DNA of 64,000 nt from Candidatus Micrarchaeota archaeon (GTDB lineage: Archaea; Micrarchaeota; Micrarchaeia; Anstonellales; Bilamarchaeaceae): the NCBI GenBank assembly GCA_041694885.1, contig JBGFRX010000005.1, positions 5,291 through 69,290 of the forward strand, in the 5' to 3' direction. Shown piece after piece: positions 1 through 9,349 of the stretch. The stretch's first letter is position 1. Each line of letters starts with the position of its first letter. The translations under genes were made by a program, and so were the position numbers. The notes below the pieces were generated by a model that was not told the DNA's origin, searched no databases, and worked only from the letters and a program-made list of their open reading frames with translations.

Positions 1-159
1 GGAACCCACTCTAAAAATGAAATTACCGAAATGATTGAGTGGAAGGGGAGTTTCGGGATTGCGACCCAGGCGCATCCTGAACTGAAGAGTCGGCTGGAGA
101 AACCAGCTCCGCTTTTTGTCGCGCTTCTGAAAGCTGCGCTTAAGAACAAGAAACTATAA
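1..159 (+). CDS. 3' end of an unidentified gene (C-terminal 52 codons, ...[10 protein letters not shown]), truncated by the window edge
   Basis: Open frame 1 from the window start to TAA at 157-159; product not recognisable. Confidence 0.3.
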   Translation, partial: GTHSKNEITEMIEWKGSFGIATQAHPELKSRLEKPAPLFVALLKAALKNKKL

Positions 160-611
160 AATAGCGAATTTTTTCTTCACAAAATTGATCGCCTGCTGTG
201 CGAGCCGGAGCGCCCTCTCAGCATCCGCATCGTCAAATGCCTCGGACGGTATTCCTCCGGGCAGGTCAGCGGGATGGCGCGTCGGAATGTAATTTCGAGA
301 ACACCATGCGACATCACCTCAACCTTGACTTTTGATTTTGCAGTTGGGCGAGGCGAGCATTTAAAAAGTGTTCGTAGCCAAATAAGTGTGGTGCAAAAAT
401 GAAAGGGTGTTTGCTTCATCGGAAATTGTGAATGCGCAGTATCCTTAGTTGCACTTCTGATTTTTGAAACAAGGCATAAGCATTAGCGGATGCGCTTTTT
501 CTGCTTTTTGGCAAGGCGCACGCGCGTTTCCGGCAAGTTGCGGCGAAACCGGAAACTCGAGACAAATTTTCTCTCTTTAGATTTGGTAATGGACGAAGAA
601 AAAAACAAAAA

Positions 612-1664
612 ATGGTGATGAAAATGACTAGGAAAATGGATAACATATCCTTGGTGAAAATAGGGAAATTCGACAAAAGGGAAGAAGTGGTGATAGCCAT
701 ACCGAAGCCGAACAAGATGGGCAACAAAATCGCCTGGAAACTGCTCGAGGAATCCACGCTTATGGGCAGGTCAAAGGAGCGCGGCGGCCTCATCCCGACT
801 TCGAACCCGAAATACAAGGTGCTGGAAATACCCTCCACCGACATACCGCTCTACGTGAAAGGCGGGGTCTGCGACCTCGGAATTTGCGGAACTGACATGG
901 TGGTGGAGACCGGCATGGTGGACATTCTTGCAGCAGAAAGGGCAAGGAAACGCGATTGGAACAAACGGGTTGCAGAAGCTGCTTCCTTCCTCTATAAGCT
1001 CGCGGATATAGGAAAGGAGATAAGGTTTTGCGTGGTTGCAGGAGCAGATAGAGCCGGCGAACCCGTGTTCTGGCTGAATGGCAGGCTCGTGGGCACCACA
1101 TTCCCGAATATAGCCAAGGGATTCCTCACCAACCAGGGAGTCCGGGCAAATTACGTAATGCTCGGCGGCTCGGTGGAGCAGGCATACTTAGAGGGGATAA
1201 TAGATGCGGGAACAGATCAAGTCGAGACAGGAAACTCGCTGAAAAAAGCAGGCATGGGCGTAATAGCGGAAATCCTCAAGACGCAATACTGCCTTTGGGC
1301 AAACAAGCAGGCGTATGGACTGAAAAGTGCGCTCATAGACCAGTTCGTCACCATAACAGCAGGGGTGCTTTCCGCAAAAAGGGACTACATACTGAGTGGA
1401 GGGGACAACGGCAAACTCAACAGCGGCAAAAAACTTCTTAAATTCAATGTGCCGCCTAAGAGCAAAGGAACAATAGATGGAGCTGTAGAAAAGGGCGAAA
1501 TACCATGCAGCAAAAGCCCCACAGAATCTCCGCTCAGAGCGCCCGGTTGGTTCGGCTACGAAGTGGTTGTGGAGACGTCGCAGCTCATGACCACCCTTTC
1601 AACACTGAAAAAGACCGGAGCCCAGGACATCGTCTGGAAAAACCTTGATGGGTATGTGAAATGA
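612..1664 (+). CDS. hisG: ATP phosphoribosyltransferase, long form with C-terminal regulatory domain (HisG). The true start is probably the internal Met at about nt 636.
   Basis: Catalytic motifs 'DIPLYVKGGVCDLGICGTDMVVE' and 'LGGSVEQAYLEGIIDAGTDQVETGNSL'. C-terminal 'SPTESPLRAPGWFGYEVVVE...GAQDIVW' matches the HisG-long regulatory domain. Confidence 0.75.
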   Translation: MVMKMTRKMDNISLVKIGKFDKREEVVIAIPKPNKMGNKIAWKLLEESTLMGRSKERGGLIPTSNPKYKVLEIPSTDIPLYVKGGVCDLGICGTDMVVETGMVDILAAERARKRDWNKRVAEAASFLYKLADIGKEIRFCVVAGADRAGEPVFWLNGRLVGTTFPNIAKGFLTNQGVRANYVMLGGSVEQAYLEGIIDAGTDQVETGNSLKKAGMGVIAEILKTQYCLWANKQAYGLKSALIDQFVTITAGVLSAKRDYILSGGDNGKLNSGKKLLKFNVPPKSKGTIDGAVEKGEIPCSKSPTESPLRAPGWFGYEVVVETSQLMTTLSTLKKTGAQDIVWKNLDGYVK

Positions 1665-1973
1665 AAACTTTCAGCCTATCCGCAGGAGAAAAAGAGCAAA
1701 TTCCTTTTTTTTATTTATGTTTAAATGGGTTGCGAGCGGGAAATCCAGCAGATGCGGCCAAATCCTTAGGATATGCCTCTGTCAAAGAGAACATATTGCT
1801 GCCCGGTTTGCGGCAGCCTGGATAAGGATATAAATGCTGCAATGAATATACTCAACAGAGCTACGGCCGGAATGGCCGGAACTAACGCTTGTGGAGATGG
1901 AAGCAAAATTCCATCAGCGAAGCAGGAAGCCAAGGGCTGAAGCCCTTGGTAATTCACAAACATTGTACGATAG

Positions 1974-3305
1974 ATGATTGCAGGACAAAAGAAAGCGAAA
2001 CCGAAGAGAGGAAACAGGCTGATGATTACTATGGTGGAAAAGCTGACCCCGAAAGGGATGAGGGACTTTCTTCCCGAAGAGATGATTGCGAGAGAGCAGG
2101 TGCTGGAACAGGTAGTTCGTGTTTTCCGGCTTTACGGATTCAGGCCGCTGGACACACCTGCGCTTGAATATATGAGCACGCTCAGGGCAATGAGCGGGGA
2201 GGAAATTGCTGGCCAGATTTTCAAAATAGAGGACGATGAAATAGGGTTGAGATTCGACCTTACTGTTCCACTTGCGCGCATTGCTTCGAACAGCGCGATT
2301 CCAAAGCCGTTCAAGCGATATTGCATTTCAACAGTGTGGAGGAAGGAAGAGCCGCAGAAAGGCAGGATGAGGGAGTTCTGGCAGGCGGACGCGGATATAA
2401 TCGGAAGCAAGAGTATGAGAAGCGAAGCCGAACTTTTGAAGATTGCGAACAGCGCGCTCCTTGCGCTTGGATTCGAAAAGCCCAGATTCCTGCTGAACAA
2501 CAGGAAGATTCTTGATGCGCTTGCAGCGAAAATTGGTTTTGAAAGCGAGAAGGAGATTGTTTTCCGCCTCCTGGACAAGATGGACAAGCTCGGGAAGGAA
2601 AAGGTGCGCGAGGATTTGGAAAAATTGGTTGGAAAGGAGAAAGGAGATATGTTGTTTGATGCGCTTACCGCAGAAGGAACGAACGCGGAAAAGATTGCTG
2701 CGGCGAAAAAGATAAGCGAGGGGGGCGCAGGGGAGCTGGAGGAAATAGTTGCGAATGCGAACGGTTTGGATGTTGAAGTTGATTTCTTCCTCGTGCGCGG
2801 CCTGGGATATTACACCGGCCCCGTATTCGAGATAAAATTAGGAAACGAGATCGGAAGCGTTGGAGGCGGGGGAAGGTACGACAACCTGCTTGCACTTTAT
2901 GGGCAGGGTGATTACGCAACCGGGATAAGTTTGGGAATAGAGCGGCTCATGTACCTGATTGAGAAGATGGATGCGAAAGAAAAGTGTGGAAAAAAGACCT
3001 ACACTAAGGTGTTTGTCGCATCAGTGAAGGGCTTTTACGTGCAGAGCGCTGCGATTGCCGAAGAGTTCAGGAAAAACGGGATTGCCGCTGAAGTTGATTT
3101 GAACGAAAGGAATTTGGGCAAGCAATTTGATTATGCGAACTCGCTCGGAATAAACTATGTTGCAATAGTGGGCGAAAAGGAAGCAAAGGAAGGCAAAATA
3201 ACGCTGCGCGATATGGAAACAGGAGAGGAAAAAATGGTGACTGCGAAGGAGGCAACAGTTATGATTTCCGGCAAATGGGCATATGAGAATGGTGAGGGCG
3301 GTTAG
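1974..3305 (+). CDS. hisS: Histidyl-tRNA synthetase, class II aaRS with anticodon-binding domain. The likely start is an internal Met (MVEKL) at about 2031.
   Basis: Motifs 'PKGMRDFLP' and 'FKRYCISTVWRKEEPQKGRMREFWQADADIIG'. The C-terminal 'YVAIVGEKEAKEGKITLRDMETGEE' anticodon-binding domain argues against the HisZ paralogue. Confidence 0.85.
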   Translation: MIAGQKKAKPKRGNRLMITMVEKLTPKGMRDFLPEEMIAREQVLEQVVRVFRLYGFRPLDTPALEYMSTLRAMSGEEIAGQIFKIEDDEIGLRFDLTVPLARIASNSAIPKPFKRYCISTVWRKEEPQKGRMREFWQADADIIGSKSMRSEAELLKIANSALLALGFEKPRFLLNNRKILDALAAKIGFESEKEIVFRLLDKMDKLGKEKVREDLEKLVGKEKGDMLFDALTAEGTNAEKIAAAKKISEGGAGELEEIVANANGLDVEVDFFLVRGLGYYTGPVFEIKLGNEIGSVGGGGRYDNLLALYGQGDYATGISLGIERLMYLIEKMDAKEKCGKKTYTKVFVASVKGFYVQSAAIAEEFRKNGIAAEVDLNERNLGKQFDYANSLGINYVAIVGEKEAKEGKITLRDMETGEEKMVTAKEATVMISGKWAYENGEGG

Positions 3306-3325
3306 ACAAATAATGCGGGGTTGAC

Positions 3326-4633
3326 TTGATGAAGCAGTTTGGAGAAAAAATATCCCTTATAGTGCCTGCAATAATAATAGGGCTTTTCGTCTTCCTTTTC
3401 ATCTCAATAGTTAGAACGAGCATATTTGGCCAGGTGGAAGGGGAAAAACATTTGTTTTTCGAAATAAGCTTCCTTCTCCTGCTTGCGATGGCCGCTGAGC
3501 TTGCAGTCGTTTACCTTAAACAGCCCTCCGTGGTTCTGCTTCTCTTAATAGGCGTTCTCCTCAGCTCGAGTTTTGTGGAGAGCGTGTGGCCCGCGCTTTC
3601 GCAGACAGTGCCTCTCTTCCCAAAAACCATTCCGAATTTCGTGACAGATGAAAAACTCATTCATGTGTTTGGGCAGCTTGGAGCTATTTTCATACTTCTC
3701 AAGGTAGGGCTGGATGTCAAATTCGGGAAAATATTCAATATAGAGAACGGCGTGGTTGGGCTGCTCGGGGTGGTAATCCCGTTTGTTGCCGGCTATCTCT
3801 ACGCAACGCTCACTGGCGGAAATATTATCTATGGAATGTTCTTGGGCGCAGCGCTCGTTGCCACGAGCATAGGAATCACGGCCGCGCTCCTGAGGGAATA
3901 CGGCCTTCTGAATACGCGGCTTGCGGAGGTGATTCTGGGCGCTGCTATCATAGATGACGTGCTGGGGCTTCTTGTGCTCTCCTTTGTGTCGGTATTTTCA
4001 GGTGGTTCTGCAGATGTTTTTTTGCTTGCTCCTGTGATTTTCAACACCGTGATATTCCTTACAGGAGGGGTGCTCGCAGGAAAATATTTCGTGAGGAAGT
4101 TCGTGGATGCGAACGCTATGGATTCAAAGAATCTGCTTGTGGTTCTTTCCTTTGCGTTCGTTTATTCATACATTTCAGAGTACATCGGACTTTCGAGCAT
4201 AGTGGGCGCATTTCTGGCAGGCATAATACTCAACTCGAGCAAGCACAGGGCTGAAATAGACAAGAAGACGAGCGGAATAGAATTGATTTTTGCGCCCATG
4301 TTCTTTATCTCGCTCGGAATGCTGGTGGATGTTGGCGCGCTAGGAGAATTTTTGGTTCCGATCATAGCAATCACTGTGATTGCGATTGCGAGCAAATTGA
4401 TCGGGTGCGGCCTGGGAGGACTTGCGATTGGACTGAAACAGACTGAAAGCGCTGCGGTTGGGATAGGCATGGCACCCCGGGGGGAAGTGGCACTCATCGT
4501 AGGGCTTATAGGGCTCACGAAGGGAGCACTTGATTCGGAACAATATACGATAATAGCTGCAATGGCTTTCCTTACTGCATTCCTGGTGCCTTTTCTTATG
4601 CAGCCGCTTTTGAGAAAAATTAAGCGTGATTGA
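3326..4633 (+). CDS. Cation:proton (Na+/H+) antiporter, CPA superfamily membrane protein
   Basis: About 12 predicted TM helices. Glycine-rich membrane segments typical of NhaP/KefB-type exchangers. Confidence 0.65.
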   Translation: MMKQFGEKISLIVPAIIIGLFVFLFISIVRTSIFGQVEGEKHLFFEISFLLLLAMAAELAVVYLKQPSVVLLLLIGVLLSSSFVESVWPALSQTVPLFPKTIPNFVTDEKLIHVFGQLGAIFILLKVGLDVKFGKIFNIENGVVGLLGVVIPFVAGYLYATLTGGNIIYGMFLGAALVATSIGITAALLREYGLLNTRLAEVILGAAIIDDVLGLLVLSFVSVFSGGSADVFLLAPVIFNTVIFLTGGVLAGKYFVRKFVDANAMDSKNLLVVLSFAFVYSYISEYIGLSSIVGAFLAGIILNSSKHRAEIDKKTSGIELIFAPMFFISLGMLVDVGALGEFLVPIIAITVIAIASKLIGCGLGGLAIGLKQTESAAVGIGMAPRGEVALIVGLIGLTKGALDSEQYTIIAAMAFLTAFLVPFLMQPLLRKIKRD

Positions 4634-4736
4634 GCTTACTTTTGTACCAGAGTTATTGTTTAGACAATAATAGTGATACCTTTGAGCGACCTGCAGTTTA
4701 TTATTGTTACCGGTGATTTATCTCTCTCAACTACTC

Positions 4737-4835
4737 GCTCCCATAGTCTAGGCCGGTCAAGGACATCGGACTCTCAATCCTGCCAAAAGCAGGAAGGGAA
4801 CTCCGAGAACTCGAGTTCAAATCTCGATGGGAGCG
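4737..4835 (+). tRNA. tRNA-Glu(CUC) carrying a 24-25 nt intron at the canonical 37/38 position of the anticodon loop
   Basis: Acceptor stem GCTCCCA/TGGGAGC + G73. D stem GTCT/GGAC. Anticodon stem TCGGA/TCCGA with loop CTCTCAA interrupted by 'tcctgccaaaagcaggaagggaa(c)', which contains the hairpin cctgc-caaaa-gcagg. T arm TCGAG-TTCAAAT-CTCGA. Upstream T-rich TATA-like 'tttattatt' at about -32; downstream T tract. Confidence 0.65.
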
Positions 4836-4898
4836 TAGATATTACATATCAGATCTCTATAGTAAAACGAACGGTTTTGTTTTCCATTTTCGTTGGGC

Positions 4899-5873
4899 TC
4901 AGTCCAGCCGCACCTTCTTCCCATCCTTCTCGAGCCACACGCCCGCCTCATTTGTAATCTCCCCAATCAGCGACGCGTCCACTCCGTGCCTTTTCGCCGT
5001 CTCGAGCACCTTCTCCTCCCATCTCCTGTCCACGATAATGCACATTCCGATTCCCATGTTGAAGGTGCGGTGCATCTCCCGTTCATCCTTGACTTCGGAA
5101 TAAAGCACCTCGAATATCGGCTTCGCCTTGGGCAGATTATTCAGAAGGAATCCGTATTTCCTGTTCAGCCGCAGCAATTTTGAAAAGGCGCCCCCTGTTA
5201 TGTGCGCAAGACCACATATCCTGCACGAGGATATCATCTCGAGGACCGGCTTCACATAAATTCGGGTAGGGGCAAGCATCTCCCTGCCCCATTTCCTGAT
5301 ATCTAAAATTTTCCTCGCAAGTGTGTATCCGTTGCTGTGCAGCCCAGAGCTTTCCAGGCCGACAATCGTGTCCCCTGGCTTTATCGCATCCCCTGTAATC
5401 ATTTCCTTTATTTCCCCTATTGCCGTGAAAGCAAGGTCAAAGGGCCTTTTCCCTCCGGATATTATCTCAGGAAGTATCGCCGTTTCCCCTCCGACTATGT
5501 CTATCCTGCTTTCCTTTGCGCCGAGCACCAAACCCTTCATTATTTCAGAAACCAAATGTTCATCTTCCTTCGCGAGCGCGAGGTAATCTACTCCAGCGAG
5601 CGGCGTCGCGCCCACGCATATTATGTCATTCACGTTCATCGCGATTGCGTCTATCCCCACACTATCGTATTTCTCGAGCTCCTGCGCAACCAGTACCTTG
5701 CTTCCCACACCATCGGTGTGCATCGCGATTTTCCTTCCTGCGAAATCCACTATGCCAGCATAATGGCCCACGAGCGCGCCTTTCTTCCCTGCGAAAATCG
5801 CCTCGTTTATGCTGTTCTGTATCCTCTTCACTTTGGAAATGTCTATACCTGCTTCCAGGTACGTCTTTGCCAT
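4899..5873 (-). CDS. purM: Phosphoribosylformylglycinamidine cyclo-ligase (AIR synthetase)
   Basis: PurM/AIRS fold motifs 'GVGSKVLVA', 'DAIAMNVNDIICVGATP', 'HITGGAF'. Confidence 0.85.
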   Translation of the reverse strand: MAKTYLEAGIDISKVKRIQNSINEAIFAGKKGALVGHYAGIVDFAGRKIAMHTDGVGSKVLVAQELEKYDSVGIDAIAMNVNDIICVGATPLAGVDYLALAKEDEHLVSEIMKGLVLGAKESRIDIVGGETAILPEIISGGKRPFDLAFTAIGEIKEMITGDAIKPGDTIVGLESSGLHSNGYTLARKILDIRKWGREMLAPTRIYVKPVLEMISSCRICGLAHITGGAFSKLLRLNRKYGFLLNNLPKAKPIFEVLYSEVKDEREMHRTFNMGIGMCIIVDRRWEEKVLETAKRHGVDASLIGEITNEAGVWLEKDGKKVRLD

Positions 5874-5974
5874 GCTGCTATTTGCCTGAAAACCATTAAA
5901 AAACAGCGGTGCAGGAGAGGAGGGTTAGATTCGCCAGTCCGTCAGCGAACCAAAAACTGAAAAATTTTCAGTGA

Positions 5975-6952
5975 TTAAAGAATAAACAACTCTGCAAGCA
6001 TGGATAGTATATATAAGCCAATCAGTATCAATCCATCGGTTTTGCTCATTTTTCCTTTAAGCAAAAATATGAATGAAACTATGGTGACTAGTATAAGAGC
6101 CGGAACAGTAACCAGCCCAAAATTTGCAGGCAGTGCTATCGGCCGTGCAATCGCAATTACCCCAAGCGTGAAAAAAAGAGTGAATATGTTGGAGCCTATG
6201 GATTGAGAGACGGCCAGCTCGTCAAATCCTTTTCTTGCGGCCTGGATCGCTACGACGAAATTTGGCAGGCTTGGGCCTAGTGCGCCAAGAGTAATGCCTA
6301 ATATTATATCAGATATGTTTAGTGCTGTTCCAAACTCTACTAATCCTTGTGTAAACACTTCAGAACCGGCAATAAGCAAGATTCCTCCGATAATAAAAAT
6401 ATGAAAACCGTTTTTGATTGTAGCGAAATCATGCATCTTTCCAAAAGCAATTAAGGTTTTTGAAATTGCTTCTATCTCTTTTTTCTTTTCCTTGTTTGCA
6501 AGTTGTTTCTCCTGAGAATACACGTTTATTATGTATGGAATGAAAAGCAGGATAAATATCATACCATCCATTGCAGTTATTTCCAGATCTTCCAGTGCAA
6601 TCAGTGAAACGACCAGTGTTGCTATCAGCATGAACACCCCGTCTCTGGTAATCACATGTTTTGGTATTCGTATGGGCTTGAGGAAAGCAGTTATGCCAAG
6701 AACAAGGCCGAGATTGACGATTACTGAACCAAGGCTTACGCCAACGCTTATTTGTTCATGGTTCTTGAATAGGGCCGATAATGCAACCAAAAGTTCTGGG
6801 AGGCTTAACATCACTGAAACGAATATAAGTCCGATTGCTATGTTCGTAGTTCCAAGTCTGTTTGCCACGGTGTTGGATGAGTCGGTTACCCATTCTGAGC
6901 CTTTAAGAAGTAGATACGCACCAATCAGCATCAATCCAATTGATAATATCAT
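5975..6952 (-). CDS. Na+/Ca2+ exchanger family (CaCA) membrane protein
   Basis: Two internal repeats with alpha-repeat-like 'GSEW...' and 'GSNIFTLFF' signatures; 10 TM segments. Confidence 0.7.
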   Translation of the reverse strand: MILSIGLMLIGAYLLLKGSEWVTDSSNTVANRLGTTNIAIGLIFVSVMLSLPELLVALSALFKNHEQISVGVSLGSVIVNLGLVLGITAFLKPIRIPKHVITRDGVFMLIATLVVSLIALEDLEITAMDGMIFILLFIPYIINVYSQEKQLANKEKKKEIEAISKTLIAFGKMHDFATIKNGFHIFIIGGILLIAGSEVFTQGLVEFGTALNISDIILGITLGALGPSLPNFVVAIQAARKGFDELAVSQSIGSNIFTLFFTLGVIAIARPIALPANFGLVTVPALILVTIVSFIFLLKGKMSKTDGLILIGLYILSMLAELFIL

Positions 6953-7120
6953 AGATTTGTTTATGTATATGAAATTAAAGATGTTATTGTTCCTTCCTCA
7001 TTTTACACGCTACGTCCCACCCTAAACTATAACAATTATGCAATAATACTGCGTGATTGCTATGAGCAGAAGAGATAAATTTAAATAAGTAATTTCTGAT
7101 TCTAAGAACCGAAAGGAAAG

Positions 7121-7657
7121 GTGATAATCGTGGTTGATGGATTCGGGATGCAGCTCGTCATCGCGCTCGCGCAGCTGCTCATAGGGCTCGTGTTTTCAAT
7201 GGGCTCGGTGTATATAGCGCTCAAGATGTTCGACAGGTTCACTTACAGTCTGGACGAATGGAAGGAGATAAAAAGAGGCAACGTGGCAATAGGCATACTG
7301 CTTGGAGGCATAGTGCTCTCCATCGCGATAATAATCGAGGGCGGCGTCTCGAGTATAACCAAAAGCGTGGTGCCTGGGATGGATCCCACAGTTGCGCTCA
7401 TCGCGTTCGTGATTGGGATACTGAACCTGCTCATAAGCGTGCTCGCCGCTGTGCTCTCAGTGTACGTGGCGATAAGAGTACTCGACTGGATAACTGTCGA
7501 CATAGATGAGATGGCGGAACTGAAGAAGGGCAACGTTGCAGTAGCTGCGATGATGGTAGCAGTATTGCTTGCGATTTCCTTCGTAATAAAAGGCGCAGTT
7601 GCAGGAATAACCAACGTTGTCAATGCAACCGAGATTTTCAAGCTGCTGGGCATCTGA
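7121..7657 (+). CDS. DUF350-like small membrane protein with an internal duplication
   Basis: Two repeats, each ending in an 'E(W/L)KxGNVA(I/V)' motif followed by a TM helix. Confidence 0.45.
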   Translation: MIIVVDGFGMQLVIALAQLLIGLVFSMGSVYIALKMFDRFTYSLDEWKEIKRGNVAIGILLGGIVLSIAIIIEGGVSSITKSVVPGMDPTVALIAFVIGILNLLISVLAAVLSVYVAIRVLDWITVDIDEMAELKKGNVAVAAMMVAVLLAISFVIKGAVAGITNVVNATEIFKLLGI

Positions 7658-7687
7658 GCATCCATTTTCGGGCAATTCGTCGTCCGA

Positions 7688-9202
7688 TTGTTTTTTATTT
7701 ATTTTTTTGCATTCTTATCCCTGGTTTTGCACATGGACGTTAACAAGCAGAAGAATTTTTCCGATTGGTACAACGAAATAATGAAGGCAGCGGAGCTATG
7801 CGACCTCCGCTACAACATAAAGGGCTTCATAGTGATAATGCCCTGGGCGATGAGGAGCATAGAGCAGATATACAGATTCTACGATGAAGAACTTGAAAAG
7901 ACGAATCACCAGCCCGCTTTCTTCCCCTCGCTTATACACGAGAAGTCGTTCGGCGCCGAGAAAGAGCACGTGGAGGGATTCATTCCACAAGTGCTCTGGG
8001 TGACTGAGGCGGGGAACAAGAAGCTGGAAGAAAGGTATGCGCTCAAGCCCACAGGTGAAGCGAGCATCTACCCAATGTACGCGCTCTGGGTGAACGGCCT
8101 TTCAGATTTGCCTGTGAAGATTTACCAGAAGAACTGGGTGTGGAGGCACGAGACAAAGGCAACCAAGCCATTCATACGCGGACGCGAATTCTTGTGGATA
8201 GAGGCGCACGACGTCTTTGCAGCGAGTGAAGATGCGAAGAAGCAGGTAATGGAAGATGCGGGCATGGCGAAAAAGGTCATTTGGAAAAAACTGGGCGTTC
8301 CGTTCATAATGTTCAAAAGGCCGCAGTGGGACAAGTTCGCAGGAGCCCAGGATACATTTGCTGCAGACACGCTCATGCCTGATGGAAGGGTTTTGCAGAT
8401 CGCGAGCACCCATCTCCTTGGCCAGAATTTCTCAAAGGCATACGGGATAAAGTACATGAATGAAAAAAACGAACCGTCGTATGCATGGCAGACCACTTAT
8501 GGGCCCGGAATAAACAGGATTTATGCAGCAATGTTCTCCGTCCATGGCGACAACAAAGGCCTGGTGCTTCCGTATGAAGTTGCGCCTGTGCAGGCCGTGA
8601 TAATCCCCATAATAAGGAAGGGCAGCGAAGAGAAGGTGCTTTTCTCTGCAAAGAAACTGGAGAAAAAGCTCTTGAATGTTGCGCGCGTACAGCTGGATGC
8701 GCGCAGCCAGACGCCTGGATTCAAGTTCAATTACTGGGAGCAGAAGGGTGTTCCGCTCAGGATAGAGATAGGAGAGCTGGACATAGCTTCTGAAAGCGCG
8801 GTATTGGTTACGCGCGACAACGGGAAAAAGAAGAGCGTGAAAATTTCCGATCTGGAGAAAGCGGTGCGGGAATCAGGAAGAGAAATCGATGCGCGGATTT
8901 CCGCAAAAGCGGCCCAGAACTTCTCTTCATCATTGGATTCCGCGGAAAGCGCAGAAGAGATGGCTGAAAAAATAGAGAAAGGAAAAATAGTGAAGGTTGC
9001 GTTCTGCACCGATTCCATGGAAGGGGAAAAGTGTGCGAAGGCGCTGAAAGAGAAGTATTCCTGCGATATCCGCGGCACTATATTCGCATCTTTTGATTCG
9101 GAAAAATGCGAATTCCAAAGTCCGGATGTTCCGAAAAACGAAAAATGCATCAGCTGCGGAAAGTCGGCGAAAGCGCACGTTTACGCTGCGAAGCAATACT
9201 GA
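7688..9202 (+). CDS. proS: Prolyl-tRNA synthetase, archaeal/eukaryotic type. The likely start is the internal Met at about 7733.
   Basis: Class II core motifs. The C-terminal zinc-binding tail 'CISCGKSAKAHVYAAKQY' ending in Tyr is characteristic of archaeal-type ProRS. Confidence 0.85.
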   Translation: MFFIYFFAFLSLVLHMDVNKQKNFSDWYNEIMKAAELCDLRYNIKGFIVIMPWAMRSIEQIYRFYDEELEKTNHQPAFFPSLIHEKSFGAEKEHVEGFIPQVLWVTEAGNKKLEERYALKPTGEASIYPMYALWVNGLSDLPVKIYQKNWVWRHETKATKPFIRGREFLWIEAHDVFAASEDAKKQVMEDAGMAKKVIWKKLGVPFIMFKRPQWDKFAGAQDTFAADTLMPDGRVLQIASTHLLGQNFSKAYGIKYMNEKNEPSYAWQTTYGPGINRIYAAMFSVHGDNKGLVLPYEVAPVQAVIIPIIRKGSEEKVLFSAKKLEKKLLNVARVQLDARSQTPGFKFNYWEQKGVPLRIEIGELDIASESAVLVTRDNGKKKSVKISDLEKAVRESGREIDARISAKAAQNFSSSLDSAESAEEMAEKIEKGKIVKVAFCTDSMEGEKCAKALKEKYSCDIRGTIFASFDSEKCEFQSPDVPKNEKCISCGKSAKAHVYAAKQY

Positions 9203-9349
9203 TTCTTTTGCTGAGGAACATCTTAAACCTCGAAATTACCGGGATGGGAAAATCCTGAACTTTTACCAACATAAATAATCTCTTTTTTAACCTTGTTGGG
9301 CAATATTTTTGCAAATCCCTAAACACAAGATACGAAACAGGGAATTCTT

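Noticed and set aside
548-560. 13-mer 'aaaccggaaactc' shared between the hisG upstream region and the sequence just 5' of the initiator tRNA (19733-19745)
   Set aside because: Dozens of 13-mer coincidences are expected by chance in 64 kb, and the distance to the downstream feature is not consistent.
1889-2167. 92-aa ORF overlapping the hisS start region
   Set aside because: It is out of frame with hisS, runs through a structured leader, and has a non-protein-like composition.
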